From assembly GCA_963822965.1 (NCBI GenBank), contig CAWGJT010000006.1:1-64000 (forward strand): DNA of 64,000 nt. The letters are read 5' to 3'. The notes below the pieces were generated by a model, which was given only the letters and a program-made list of their open reading frames with translations, made no database searches and was not told the origin of the DNA. The stretch comes from an uncultured delta proteobacterium. GTDB lineage: Bacteria; Myxococcota_A; UBA9160; UBA4427. Of this stretch, positions 7,553-18,533 are shown one piece after another; position 1 is the first letter of the stretch, and every line of letters starts with the position of its first letter. Position numbers and translations under genes: made by a program.

Positions 7553-8482
7553 ATGTCTGAACGGTCGATCTCGCTCGAGCGCGCCCAGAACCTGTTTGCC
7601 AGCTTCGTGCGCAAGGTGGATCCCCTGGCGCGGGGCGCGCAGCTCAGCCCGGAGCCCGACTTCGGCTTCGACGGCATCGGCGGACTCGCCTCGGCCAAGG
7701 ACGAGATCCTCACGTACGCGTGCGCGGCCACGAACCCCGAGGTGTACGAGCACTGGGGCACCTTCCCGCCGTCCGGCGTGCTGCTCATCGGGAAGCCCGG
7801 GGTGGGCAAGAGCCTCCTCGCCAAGGCGCTCGCCTCGAAGACCGAGACGGCCTTCCTCCACGTGGACGTGCCGCGCATGGTGCTCGACGTGGTGCACAGC
7901 ACCGGCAAGGTGGGCGAGCTCATCCAGTCCTGGTCGACCCTGCTCGAGGAGATGCCGCCGCTCACGGTCTTCTTCAACGAGCTCGAGTTCTCCCGCGCCG
8001 AGGAGATCGGCCACCGGCGGGCCGACCTGCCGATCGGCCCCATCATGGACTTCCTGCTCGAGCTGGTGGCCCGCACCATCGCCTCGCGCGACCACCTGGT
8101 GGTGGGGGCCACGGGCCACCCGGACACCCTGCGGCACGCATTCGTCGCGCCGGGGGTGTTCGAGCGGGTCGTGGAGGTGAACCCCGTCTTCCCCATGGAC
8201 GTCGTCTCGGCGCTTCAGATCCACGCGGGTCACGCCGAGAAGCGAGCCGGAAGGTCCCTCTTCGACGGGGTGGACTGGGAGCGCGTGGTGGGGACCACCA
8301 GCGAGCCGTCGACCGGCGACTGGGTTCGCATCCTGCACGCCGTCCTGCGCCGCAAGGCGCGCTGCGAGGCGGCGGGCGAAGAGGTCGCGTCCGTCACCAC
8401 CCAGAACCTGAGGGACGAGGTCGAACGCTTCCGCCAGGCGCAGAAGCACATCCGCGCACCGGATGGTGGAAACTATCTCTAG
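7553..8482 (+). CDS. AAA family protein (classic AAA clade-like) with degenerate catalytic motifs
   Basis: FDGIGGL, PPSGVLLIGKPGVGKSLLAKALA Walker A; Walker B reads VFFNE; SRH region reads GATGHPDTLRHAFVAPGVFER. Confidence 0.85.
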   Translation: MSERSISLERAQNLFASFVRKVDPLARGAQLSPEPDFGFDGIGGLASAKDEILTYACAATNPEVYEHWGTFPPSGVLLIGKPGVGKSLLAKALASKTETAFLHVDVPRMVLDVVHSTGKVGELIQSWSTLLEEMPPLTVFFNELEFSRAEEIGHRRADLPIGPIMDFLLELVARTIASRDHLVVGATGHPDTLRHAFVAPGVFERVVEVNPVFPMDVVSALQIHAGHAEKRAGRSLFDGVDWERVVGTTSEPSTGDWVRILHAVLRRKARCEAAGEEVASVTTQNLRDEVERFRQAQKHIRAPDGGNYL

Positions 8483-8521
8483 GTCCCCGAGCGGGCCTGG
8501 ACTCCAGAGCGGAGAAAGTCC

Positions 8522-9613
8522 ATGCAGCAGTGCTGGATCGTCACCGGCGGCGCCGGTTTCATCGGCTCGAACCTGGTCCGGCTGATCCTCGACGAGCACG
8601 AAGCCCGGGTGGTCGTCGTGGACAAGCTCACGTACGCAGGCAACCTGCAGAGCCTGGCGGACTGCGCGTCCCATTCGCGCTTCCACTTCGTGAAGGCGGA
8701 CATCACCGACCGCGCGGCCATGGAGAAGGTGTTCCGCGAGCACCGTCCCACCGCGGTCATGAACCTCGCCGCCGAGAGCCACGTGGACCGCTCCATCGAG
8801 GGGCCCGAGGCCTTCATCCAGACCAACGTGCTCGGCACCTTCCAGCTGCTCGACACCGCGCGCTTCTACTGGAGCGAGCTCGCACGGGCGGAGGCCGACG
8901 CCTTCCGCTTCCTGCACGTCTCCACCGACGAGGTCTACGGCTCGCTCGGAGAGGACGGCTTCTTCACCGAGGAGACCCTCTACGCGCCGAACTCGCCCTA
9001 CTCGGCCTCGAAGGCGGGGGCCGACCACCTGGTGCGCGCCTACCTGCACACCTACGGCCTGCCCACCCTGGTGACGAACTGCTCGAACAACTACGGCCCG
9101 TACCAGTTCCCCGAGAAGCTGATCCCGCTGATGATCCTGAACGCCATGGAGGCGAAGCCGCTGCCCATCTACGGCGACGGCGGCAACATCCGCGACTGGC
9201 TCTACGTGGAGGACCACTGCCGGGGCATCCTGCGGGTGCTCGAGGCCGGCCGCGTGGGCGAGAAGTACAACCTGGGCGGCGACAGCGAGCGCACCAACCT
9301 GCAGATCGTCGACATCCTGTGCCAGGAGCTCGAGGCGCGGCTGCCCGCGGCCGAGAACCGGGCGATGCGCGACGAGGGCAAGCCCGACTACCGGCAGCTC
9401 AAGACCTTCGTCTCCGACCGCCCGGGCCACGACCGCCGCTACGCGATCGATGCCGCCAAGGCCCGGCGCGAGCTCGGCTGGACCCCCGCGCACGACCTCG
9501 CGAGCGGGCTCGCGAACACCGTGGCCTGGTACCTCGAGCACCGGCCCTGGTGGGAGGCCGTCCTCTCGGGCAGCTACAAGCGCGAGCGGCTCGGGCTGAT
9601 CACGGGCGAGTGA
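8522..9613 (+). CDS. rfbB: dTDP-glucose 4,6-dehydratase
   Basis: [52 protein letters not shown]. Confidence 0.97.
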   Translation: MQQCWIVTGGAGFIGSNLVRLILDEHEARVVVVDKLTYAGNLQSLADCASHSRFHFVKADITDRAAMEKVFREHRPTAVMNLAAESHVDRSIEGPEAFIQTNVLGTFQLLDTARFYWSELARAEADAFRFLHVSTDEVYGSLGEDGFFTEETLYAPNSPYSASKAGADHLVRAYLHTYGLPTLVTNCSNNYGPYQFPEKLIPLMILNAMEAKPLPIYGDGGNIRDWLYVEDHCRGILRVLEAGRVGEKYNLGGDSERTNLQIVDILCQELEARLPAAENRAMRDEGKPDYRQLKTFVSDRPGHDRRYAIDAAKARRELGWTPAHDLASGLANTVAWYLEHRPWWEAVLSGSYKRERLGLITGE

Positions 9614-10067
9614 GAGCCGGTGAAGGGACCTCTCGGTCGCCAGGCTTGCGGCGGCGGGCCATCCGCGGCGCCTGACCCGGTCGAGGATCCGTCTGAGCCC
9701 CGACCGCGCGGCGCGCCGCGCAGGCATCCGCCCGCGGCCGTCCTTCGGTGCCCCGACACCCCGACGGGGTCCGGGGCGTGCGTCCCGATTCCGGGACGGG
9801 GCCGCCGCATCCCGTCACCCGCCGGCCCGGGCCCGCGCCCCGGCCAGCGATTCCCCCGGGCTTTCCAGGGGCTCCATGGCCCGATGCGCCGCCCCGGGGC
9901 GGCGCCCGGCGCGCAGCATGCCGGCGTTCTGCCGTCCGGACGCCGGGCCGCTGCCGATCGCGCGTCCCGGAAGCGGGACCGAAAAGCTCCAGCAAGAGCT
10001 GCAGAACTCATCGCAACCTGCCGATAGAGAATGTGCTTTCCGAGTTCTCCGCCAGCTCCCCCCGGCC

Positions 10068-10083
10068 TGGCACGGAGTTTGGA
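10068..10083 (+). promoter_or_regulatory. Candidate sigma54 promoter TGGCACG-N4-TTGGA
   Basis: Perfect -24 element and correct spacing; -12 is TTGG instead of TTGC; 85 bp before the next start. Confidence 0.45.
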
Positions 10084-10168
10084 AGGAAGGGACCCGAACG
10101 GGCGGCGTGGGCCGAGGTCTGCCCCGCGTCTCGAAGTGCGCGTGAGGGCCCCAGGAAGGGAGAGGTCC

Positions 10169-11297
10169 GTGAACGAACATACCGTCCTATTCGTCGACGA
10201 CGAGGTGAACATCCTCAAGGCCCTGCAGCGCCTGCTGCGCAACGAGCCGATGAAGGTGATCACGGCGTCGCGCCCCCAGGAAGCCATCGAGGCTCTCGAC
10301 AACGCCCGCGCCCAGGTCGTGGTCTCCGACCAGCGGATGCCCGAGATGAGCGGGGTCGACCTGCTCTCGACCATCCGCGAGCGACACCCGGACATGGTCC
10401 GCATGATGCTCACCGGCTACACCGAGATGAACATCGCCGTGGAGGCCATCAACCGCGGCGAGATCTACCGCCTCATCACCAAGCCGTGGAACGACGACGA
10501 GCTCAAGGCCACCCTGCGGCAGGCCTTCGACCACTACGACCTGAAGGGCGAGATCAAGCGCCTGAACCAGGTCACCCGGGAGCAGAACTTCAAGCTCCAG
10601 GACATGAATCGAAACCTCGAGGGCAAGGTCCGCGAACGCACCAAGCAGCTCGCCGCCAAGCACCAGGAGCTGCGAACCGCCTACATCCAGACGATCCGCG
10701 CCCTGGCCGAGGCCATCGACGCCAAGGACGCGTACACGCGCGGTCACTCGGAGCGGGTGGCGGTGTACTCCTCGCGCCTCGCCCGGGAGATGGGGCTCGG
10801 CAAGGAGCTGATCGAGCGGGTCTACTTCTCGGGACTGCTCCACGACGTGGGCAAGATCGGCGTGCCGGACGCCATCATCACGAAGCCGGACCGCCTGACC
10901 GAGGCGGAGTACATCGAGATCCAGAAGCATCCCGAGATCGGGGCGAAGATCCTCGAGCCGGTGGAGTTCCTGCGGCACATCGTGCCGTGCGTGCGCCACC
11001 ACCACGAATGGTACGACGGCTCGGACCGGGGCTATCCGGACCGGCTGCGCGCCGACAAGATCCCCCTGCCCTCCCGGGTGATCCTGGTGTGCGACACCGT
11101 CGAGGCCATGACGAGCGACCGGCCCTACCGCAAGGCGATGCCGCTCGAGACGGTGGTGCGCGAGCTGCACAAGTACGCGGGCAGCCAGTTCGACCCCGTC
11201 TGCGTGGAGGCCTTCCTCCGGCTCCTCGAGCGCGACGGCGAAGAGTTCATCTCGCAAGAACCAGAAGTTCGACATCTATGAATTCATCGAAGGCTGA
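10169..11297 (+). CDS. Response regulator with HD-GYP cyclic-dinucleotide phosphodiesterase domain
   Basis: VLFVDDE, VSDQRMP, ITKPW receiver; DAYTRGHSERV, LHDVGKIG, HHEWYDGSDRGYP; stop at 11281 as sequenced, or 11297 if there is an indel near the 3' end. Confidence 0.93.
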
Positions 11298-12332
11298 CGA
11301 CCGGGAGCGGCCGGGCTGGGGGATCGAGGAGCTCCAGCTCCTCGCGGCCCTGGGCTTCGGACCCGACAGCGTCTTGATGAACGAGCCCAAGCTCTTCCTC
11401 GACGCACCGTTCCTGGCCGCGCTCCAGCGCGAGCTCGTCCAGGAGCTGGGCGCCGACGAGGCGGCGCACGCCTTCTTCCACATCGGAATGCTGCACGGGC
11501 TCCGGGACGCCTTCCGGATCGGCGCCGCCGAGCCGGCGGGAGAGGGAGTCCGGGACGTGGTCGAGTACCCGTCCCTGGTGATGCGGCTGGGGTCGCTGCC
11601 CGGCGCCGGACGACGGCCGGGGAGCTTCGAGGTGAGCGGGTGCTGGCCCGACGCCTTCGAGGCGGAGTCGCGCCTGTCGAAGCTGGGTGCCAGCCCGGGG
11701 CCCGCCTGTGCCCTGTCGGCGGGCTACACGTCGGGCTGGCTCTCGGGAACCCTCGATCGCGACGTGGTGGCGGTGGAGACCGCATGCCGGTCGGCCGGGG
11801 CCGCCCACTGCGTCTTCGTGGCCCGGGACGAGGAGGGGCGCGGAGCCGGAGCCCGCACGGGAGCCGCCGCCTCTCGATCGCGACCCTGCGTGCCGTGGCC
11901 GGCCACGCCGCCGCGACCCGAGCCGACGGCGGCGAAGGGATGCGCCTGCCGGCGCTGCCGTGCGCCCTGGATCCGGACGATCCGGCCGTGCACATCTGGG
12001 GCCCCGTGATGGTGATGCCGTTCACGGGCCCCGAGGCCGCCCTCCAGACCATCGAGCTGCTGGAGCAGGACGACGCGACGCGGGCCGTCCGGGTGGTGGT
12101 GCTGGACCTGTGCGGCGTCCTGCTCGACGAGGGCTTCGGGGCCGCCGCCGTGGAGCGCCTGATCGAAGACATCCAGTCCTGGGGGGCCGAGGTGATTCTC
12201 ACGGGGATCTCCCCCCTCTCGGAGGAGGTGGTCGCCGAGCTGCAGGCCACCCTGCTGCTCTCTCGCAAGGATCTGCCCGAGGCCATCGCCTACGCGTTCC
12301 AGATCGCCGAGGCCCAGCGCCACCTGCTGTGA
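11278..12332 (+). CDS. V4R-domain + STAS-domain protein (RsbR-like sensor; frameshift near 11850)
   Basis: FEAE..PACALSAGYTSGWLS..VVAVETACRSAGAAHCVFVAR (V4R), then VHIWGPVMVMPFTG..VVVLDLCG..GAEVILTGISP (STAS). Confidence 0.8.
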
Positions 12333-12390
12333 CCCGTCCGGCCGGGACACGCAGTCAAGTGGCACCTCCAAACGCCCGAAATGCCAGGAG

Positions 12391-13822
12391 ATGACGGCCC
12401 CGGCGCAGGTTCCCGAGAGCGGCAGGCTGGCGGAGCTGCCGCTGCCGCGAATCCTCATCGATCTCTACGCGTCGCGCTTCGACGGGCGCCTCGAGCTCAC
12501 GCGTGCGCGCAGCCAGAAGACGGTGATCTTCCAGGACGGCGCGCCCGTCGGCTCGGAGTCGAACCTGCCCACCGAGCAGCTGACCGCGGTGCTCCAGGAC
12601 CTCGACCTGCTCTCCCGGGACGATCGCCGGCGGGTCGACGACCACGTGAGGCAGAAGCAGTGCCCGGAAGGCGTCGCCCTGCTCTCCCTCGAGGTGCTCG
12701 ACGCCAAGCAGCTCTTCGAAGGCATGAAGCAGCTGTTGCGTCGTCGGATTCTCGAATGCTTCGGCTGGGTGGACGGCGAGTACCGCCTGCAGTCCGGCGA
12801 AGAGCGGCGCGAGGACCTCAAGCCCTTCCGCACCGACCCCTACCGCCTGGTGCAGGAAGGACTGCAGAGCCACTGGAGCCTCGATCGCATGCTCCAGGAC
12901 CTGGGCCCGCGCATGACCGCGTACGCGAGCGCGGGGAGCCGGCTCGGAAGGATCGCGCGCCGGCTGGTCCTCGACGCCAGCGTCGAGCGCATGATCGCCG
13001 GCCTGAACGGGCGGCAGGCGCTCGGCACGGTGATCGGCGGCGCCGTCGGCTCCCCGTCCGCGCTGGCCGCGTTCTGGGTGCTCGATGCCGCGGACGCCCT
13101 CGCCTACAGCGACGCGCCCCGGCACAACGAGGAGGACGCGCCGCCGGAGATCGAGATCGAGATCACGGGCGGCGAGGCCGCCGCCTCCACGGTCGCCCGG
13201 CCGCGGGTCGCCCAGGACACCCGCAAGGCGCGCTCCGCCAACGACCCCGAAGCCGAGAAGATGCGGGCCGAGGTGCTCGAACGCCTCGAGAGCCTCGAGT
13301 CGATGACCTACTACGAGCTGCTCGGCGTGGCGCCCAACGCCGAGCAGGGCGCCATCCGCAAGGCCGTACTTCATGGCCGCCAAGCGCTACCACCCGGACG
13401 CCATCGCGCGGCTCGGGCTGCAGGAGATCCGCCAGCAGGCGGGCGAGGTCTTCTCGAGGATCGCCGAGGCGAACGGCGTGCTGTCCGACCGGGAGAAGCG
13501 CCGGCGCTACGACGAATCGCTCGAGGAGGGCGGGCCCGAGATCGACGTGCAGGTTCTCGCCCAGGCGGAGACCTTCTACCGCAAGGGCGAGATCCTGATC
13601 AACATGGGCGACTTCCGCGGCGCGCTGGAGTACCTGAAGAACGCGGTCCGGCTCTACCCCGACGAGGCGATCTACCAGAGCGACCTCGCCTGGGCGTACT
13701 ACAAGAAGGCGCCCCCCGAGCCCGACCCCGCCTTCGAGCACATCCAGCGCGCGCTCGAGCTCGATCCCTCGAACGCCGTGGCGCAGTTCCGGCTCGGCGT
13801 GATCCAGCGCGCCCGGCACTGA
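12391..13822 (+). CDS. DUF4388-like / DnaJ / TPR protein (frameshift near 13367)
   Basis: GRLAELPLPRIL..FDGRLEL..CFGWVDGEYR; TYYELLGV..AKRYHPD J-domain; two TPR-like repeats. Confidence 0.85.
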
Positions 13823-13827
13823 GCCGG

Positions 13828-14847
13828 TCAGCGGTCGACGGCGGTCTCGAGCAGCAGCCGGGCCTGCCGGTCGAGCCGGGGCTCGAGCCGTGCGGGATCG
13901 TGCAGCGCCGCCGGCCAGTCGAGCATCACCACCGAGAAGCTGCGATGGTGGCCGTCCCGCCAGAGGATGCGGGCCGAGTGGCTGCCGACGCGAACGTAGG
14001 GACCGCGCAGGCCGGCCCGGCTCGCCACCGCGGTGACCGCACGCAGGGGATCGACCTGGCTGCGGGTGAGCGGCAGACGCCCCACCCGCACGCCCGACGG
14101 CGCCGCATAGAGGGCGGCCAGGGTCGGCGCCTCCAGCCGGTCGCCCGACTCGATGCGCCGGCCCCAACGGCGAGCGGCGTCCACCTGGCCGTGGGCCACC
14201 ATCACGGAGCGGCCCCGGGCCACGTGTCCCGGGAAGCCCAGGGCGTGGCCCAGCTCGTGGACGGCCGCGCCGAGCAGCTCGGTCGCGGTGAGCGGCACCG
14301 GTCGTCCCAGCACGTCGGGCAGGCTGCGCCGCAGGTGGATCGACGCGTACTGCAGCTCGGCGTCCACCGGCGCCTCCGACGCGGCGTCGACCTCCACGGG
14401 AATCGCACAGTCCGCGATGGTGTCGCCCGTCCCCGCGGCGCTCTCCCCCGTCCCGTCCGCGACGAGCTCGAAGACGATGCCGGCCTGGGGCGGCTCGTCC
14501 TGCCAGGGGCGCGGGGCGAAGCGGATGCCCAGGCCGGCGCCCTCCCAGGCCTCGAGCGCCCGCTCGAGCACCGCGGTCTCGCCGGGAGTCGCGCTTGCCG
14601 GCAGCCACACCGGGACCGGACCGTCCCCCACCCAGCGACAGAGGAAGAGCGCGAGATCCTCGCCGGCCAGGGCGAAGTACGGCAACGCCTCGCCCAGGTG
14701 ACTGCCCGGCACCGCCACGCCGGGGTGCCGGTCTTCCAGGGCGCCCAGGTCCCAGCCCGCCGGCGACCCCGCGCAGCAGGACAGCGAAGCCGTCAGGAAG
14801 AGCAGCAGCAGGCCGTCCCGCGGCCGCCAGGGCCCCGCCATTCGCAT
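13828..14847 (-). CDS. Putative lipoprotein zinc metallopeptidase (matrixin/metzincin-like)
   Basis: Hydrophobic leader ending SLSCC; HELGHALGFPGH motif followed by an SVM Met-turn. Confidence 0.8.
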   Translation of the reverse strand: MRMAGPWRPRDGLLLLFLTASLSCCAGSPAGWDLGALEDRHPGVAVPGSHLGEALPYFALAGEDLALFLCRWVGDGPVPVWLPASATPGETAVLERALEAWEGAGLGIRFAPRPWQDEPPQAGIVFELVADGTGESAAGTGDTIADCAIPVEVDAASEAPVDAELQYASIHLRRSLPDVLGRPVPLTATELLGAAVHELGHALGFPGHVARGRSVMVAHGQVDAARRWGRRIESGDRLEAPTLAALYAAPSGVRVGRLPLTRSQVDPLRAVTAVASRAGLRGPYVRVGSHSARILWRDGHHRSFSVVMLDWPAALHDPARLEPRLDRQARLLLETAVDR

Positions 14848-16799
14848 CAGCGCACGATCTCCACGCCCGCGGGCTTCACGTCGGTCTCGAAGCCGAAGAT
14901 GCGCCCGTAGAAGTAGAGCTCGCCCTCGAGCGCCGTGCGGATGTTCTCCGCGCGACGGAACCCGTGCTGCTCCCCCTCGAACGTCACGTACGCGTGGGGA
15001 ATCCCGCGTCGGGCGAGCGCCGCCACCATGGCTTCGGCCTGGTTCGGCGGAACCACCCGGTCCTCGAGCCCCTGGAAGAACGCCACCGGGCAGGACAGCC
15101 GCTCCGTGAAGTGGATGGGGGAACGCGCCCGGTAGAGGTCCGCGCGCTCGGGATACGGTCCCACCAGCCCGTCCGTGTAGCGCGACTCGAACTTGTGGGT
15201 GTCCCGCGCCAACGCCTCGAGATCGCCGATGCCGTAGTGGCTGGCGCCGGCGCGGAAGACGTCGTGGAAGGTGAGCGCGCACAGGGTCGTGTAGCCCCCC
15301 GCGCTGCCACCGCTGATGGCGAGCCGGTCGCGATCGACTCGCCCCTGCCGGGCGAGGTGCAGAGCCGCGTTCACGCAGTCGTCCACGTCGACGACGCCCC
15401 ACTGACCCCGCAGCCGCTCGCGATACGCGCGGCCGTAGCCCGTCGAGCCGCCGTAGTTCACGTCCACCACCGCGAAGCCCCGGCTCGTCCAGTACTGCAC
15501 CGACAGGTTCAGCACCGGCGCGGTCGCCGACGTCGGACCGCCGTGGCTCTTGACGAGGAGCGGCGGGCGCTCGTCGGGCGGTCCCTCGAAGTCGGCGTTC
15601 ACGGGCCGGTAGAAGAACGCGTGGGCCGTGCGGCCGCCCGTGGTCTCGAACTCGACGGCTTCCGGCAGCGAGATCGCCGCCGGGTCGAGATCGAACGCGA
15701 AGCTGCGGCGCAGCTCCTGGGTGGCGCCGGTCTGCAGGTCGAGGCGACAGATGGCCGCGGCCCGGTCCGGCGCCGCCCCCACGAAGGCCGCCACCCCGGC
15801 ATCCACCCGCACGTTCACCACACTGGCGTAGGGCAGCGCGAGGTCCTCGAGCCGTCCGGACGCAAGCTCGAGCCGACACAGGCGATCGAAGCCGCCCTCG
15901 CTCACGCTGCAGAGGATCGTGTCCTCGTCCCGGTAGGCCCAGGTGGACATGCCGAACACCCACTGGGGCCGTCCGAACTCCGCCGCGCGGGGGCACAGCT
16001 CCCGGCGGACGCCGTCCTCGATCCGCGCCAGGTTCCACCAGCCGCTGCGGTCCGAGACGAACGTGAGCCGACCGTCGGGCGAGAAGCCGGGCTGGAAGAT
16101 CGACTCCGCGTCGCCCCCCGCCACGCACTGCGGCGGCCCCACCGGACCGTCGTCTCCCCAGGGCTGCACGAAGAGGCGGGTGCCGTCCCAGGGCATGTTC
16201 GGATGCTCCCAGGCCGTGTAGGCGAGACGCTGGCCGTCGGGGGAGAAACGCGGAAAGCTCACGAAGTCGTGGCCGCTGGCCACGACCCGCGGCGCTGGCG
16301 GCGTCTCCGCGGCCCCGGCCGCTTCGAGATCGAAGACGACCACGCGGTTCTCGGGCTCGCTTCCCGGGCGGGCGCGCTCCTCGACGGCGGCGATCCAGCG
16401 TCCGTCCGGCGAGAAGTCGAAGTCCGCGTAGCGGGCGCCGCCGGCGGCCAGCAGCCGGCCCGCAGCGGACACGCCCACCTCGCGAAGCCACACGCGCTGC
16501 TCCGCCATCTCGACGTGGACGAGGCGGCCGGCGCGAACGCGGTAGTCGCCGCCCCCATACTCGTGGACCAGGGTTCGCACGTTCTGGTCCGCCGGGGAGA
16601 CGTCCTCCGGCTCCTGGCCGGGGCCTGCCCGCACGACCACCTGGCGGCCGCCCTCGTTGGGTCGGCCTTCGAGCCAGTAGACGGAGCCGCCGTCGACCTG
16701 CGGAAAGCCGAGCCGCAGGGCGCCGGCCAGGATGCGGTCGGCGGAGAGCGGCGTCGGCCAGCTTCCGTACGGACGGATCGACTTCCCGGGTGCGGCCAT
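14847..16799 (-). CDS. S9 family (prolyl oligo/dipeptidyl) peptidase
   Basis: PYGSWPTP, HPNMPWD, HGGPT, GGSAGG, EDRVVPP, EQHGFR. Confidence 0.95.
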   Translation of the reverse strand: MAAPGKSIRPYGSWPTPLSADRILAGALRLGFPQVDGGSVYWLEGRPNEGGRQVVVRAGPGQEPEDVSPADQNVRTLVHEYGGGDYRVRAGRLVHVEMAEQRVWLREVGVSAAGRLLAAGGARYADFDFSPDGRWIAAVEERARPGSEPENRVVVFDLEAAGAAETPPAPRVVASGHDFVSFPRFSPDGQRLAYTAWEHPNMPWDGTRLFVQPWGDDGPVGPPQCVAGGDAESIFQPGFSPDGRLTFVSDRSGWWNLARIEDGVRRELCPRAAEFGRPQWVFGMSTWAYRDEDTILCSVSEGGFDRLCRLELASGRLEDLALPYASVVNVRVDAGVAAFVGAAPDRAAAICRLDLQTGATQELRRSFAFDLDPAAISLPEAVEFETTGGRTAHAFFYRPVNADFEGPPDERPPLLVKSHGGPTSATAPVLNLSVQYWTSRGFAVVDVNYGGSTGYGRAYRERLRGQWGVVDVDDCVNAALHLARQGRVDRDRLAISGGSAGGYTTLCALTFHDVFRAGASHYGIGDLEALARDTHKFESRYTDGLVGPYPERADLYRARSPIHFTERLSCPVAFFQGLEDRVVPPNQAEAMVAALARRGIPHAYVTFEGEQHGFRRAENIRTALEGELYFYGRIFGFETDVKPAGVEIVR

Positions 16800-16930
16800 G
16801 GCCGGGTAGCTTCGCGAATCACGGCGGCACCGCCACGCCCGCAGTCGACTGGCGCGGCCGCGCCGCGGCCCGCATGCTGGGCCGCTCGCCGCGGCGCGCC
16901 GCGGCGCCGGACACGGCTTGGAGGCGCGAT

Positions 16931-17686
16931 TTGGAAGCGACGGAGCTCGCCATCCTGGCCGCGGGCGGATTCGCGGCGGGCGTCATCAACACGCTCGCCG
17001 GCGGCGGCTCCCTCATCACCGTCGGCCTGCTGGTCTTCCTGGGTCTGCCGGGAACCCTCGCGAACGGCACCAACCGGATCGGCGTGCTGGTCCAGAACGC
17101 GACCTCGGCCTGGCGCTTCCGCGTGGAGGGCATCTCGGGGTTTCGCGAGTCGGTGCCGGTGCTGGTCCCGGTTCTCGTCGGCTCCCTCATCGGCGCCTAC
17201 GGAATCTCTCGCGTCACGCCCGAGCTCTTCGAGAAGCTCTTCGGCGTGGTCATGCTGCTGCTGCTCGTCCCCATGCTGCGCCCGCGGCGTCGCACCCGAA
17301 CGGAGGACGCTGCCGACACCCCGCCCCGCAGCTGGTCACCCCGCGTGCGGACGCTGGTCTTCTTCGCCATCGGGCTCTACGGCGGGGCGCTGCAGGCCGG
17401 GGTCGGAATCTTCCTGATCTTCGCCCTGGCCCGGGCCGGCTACGACCTGGTGCAGGCCAACAGCATCAAGGTGGTGGTGATCGGTGCGCTGACGGCGGTG
17501 GCGGTGCCGGTCTTCATCCTGAGCGATCAGGTGGTGTGGCCCGCGGCGTTCGCGCTCGTGGTGGGCTTCGCGCTCGGCGGCGCCGCGGGCGTTCGACTCG
17601 CCGTGCTGGGAGGCGAGCGCCTGATCCGGCCGGTGCTCGGTGCGGCGGTCGTCGTGCTGGCGGGTCGCATGCTGGGGCTCTTCTGA
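16931..17686 (+). CDS. Sulfite exporter TauE/SafE family protein
   Basis: AGVINTLAGGGSLIT..ANGTNRI; IGLYGGALQAGVG; TTG start with GAGG upstream. Confidence 0.9.
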   Translation: MEATELAILAAGGFAAGVINTLAGGGSLITVGLLVFLGLPGTLANGTNRIGVLVQNATSAWRFRVEGISGFRESVPVLVPVLVGSLIGAYGISRVTPELFEKLFGVVMLLLLVPMLRPRRRTRTEDAADTPPRSWSPRVRTLVFFAIGLYGGALQAGVGIFLIFALARAGYDLVQANSIKVVVIGALTAVAVPVFILSDQVVWPAAFALVVGFALGGAAGVRLAVLGGERLIRPVLGAAVVVLAGRMLGLF

Positions 17687-17795
17687 GAAGGGGCTCCAGG
17701 GGCTGCGCTCGCGGCGGAACGCATCCGCTGGGGCTGCAAGCGCGCGTGCTCGGGCAGCGTGCGGGTGTTTCCTGTGGAACGAGTGGGGCGAGTGA

Positions 17796-18470
17796 TCAGA
17801 GATCGCGCGGAGCGCGCGAGCGGCTCGAGGGCACCAGCAGCGCCATCACGTGCTCGGCGAGCCAGCGCCGGTAGCGCTCCTGGGTCGCGTCGTCCGACGA
17901 CACGCCGGCGCTGCGACGCAGCACGCCGCCAATCAGGGCGTCGCCCAACAGGGCGGCGGAGACGAGCTGTACCGCGAACAGGGAGTCCTCGAACGTCGGC
18001 GGCGTGCGGTTCGCGCGCTCGGCGTCGCTCTGGCGCCGCGCGTGCACGGCGCCGGCGAGATCGCGCAGCAGATGCGGATCGTCGTCCGCGTGTTGCGCGG
18101 CCAGGCGTCCGGTGAGGGTCCCCCACGCCAACAGGCGCGCGTGGCCCCGGTCGCGCAGGGTCTCGAACACCTTGTCGAGCCAGGCGGTCACGTCGCTCGT
18201 CCGGCCCCGCTCGCCGAGGGCCTCCACCAGGTCGGCGTTGAGCGCCTCGAAGGCGTGCCGGGAGAGCTCCCGCATGAGCACCTCGCGGCTGCCGAAGTGG
18301 TGCAGGATGGCGGGATGGGAGATACCCAGGTCCGCGGCGATGTCCTGGAGGCGGATCTCCTCCGGCCCGCACTCGGCGAGACGCTTCTGGGCCGCCTCGA
18401 GGATCGCCCGCCGGGCCTCCTCGGCCGTCCGGCGGCGCCGTCGGCGGGGCTGGTGCGCGGCGTCGGTCAC
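17796..18470 (-). CDS. TetR/AcrR family regulator
   Basis: ARRAILEAA..IRLQDIAADLGISHPAILHHFGSRE HTH. Confidence 0.92.
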   Translation of the reverse strand: MTDAAHQPRRRRRRTAEEARRAILEAAQKRLAECGPEEIRLQDIAADLGISHPAILHHFGSREVLMRELSRHAFEALNADLVEALGERGRTSDVTAWLDKVFETLRDRGHARLLAWGTLTGRLAAQHADDDPHLLRDLAGAVHARRQSDAERANRTPPTFEDSLFAVQLVSAALLGDALIGGVLRRSAGVSSDDATQERYRRWLAEHVMALLVPSSRSRAPRDL

Positions 18471-18517
18471 TTCAGGCGTCTCCCAGGGCCAGTCGAAGGT
18501 GCGGAGCGAGACGAGAA

Positions 18518-18533
18518 CTTACAACAATGTAAG
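18518..18533. promoter_or_regulatory. Inverted repeat CTTACA-ACAA-TGTAAG, candidate TetR operator
   Basis: Perfect AT-rich palindrome 47 bp upstream of tetR in the divergent intergenic region. Confidence 0.6.
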
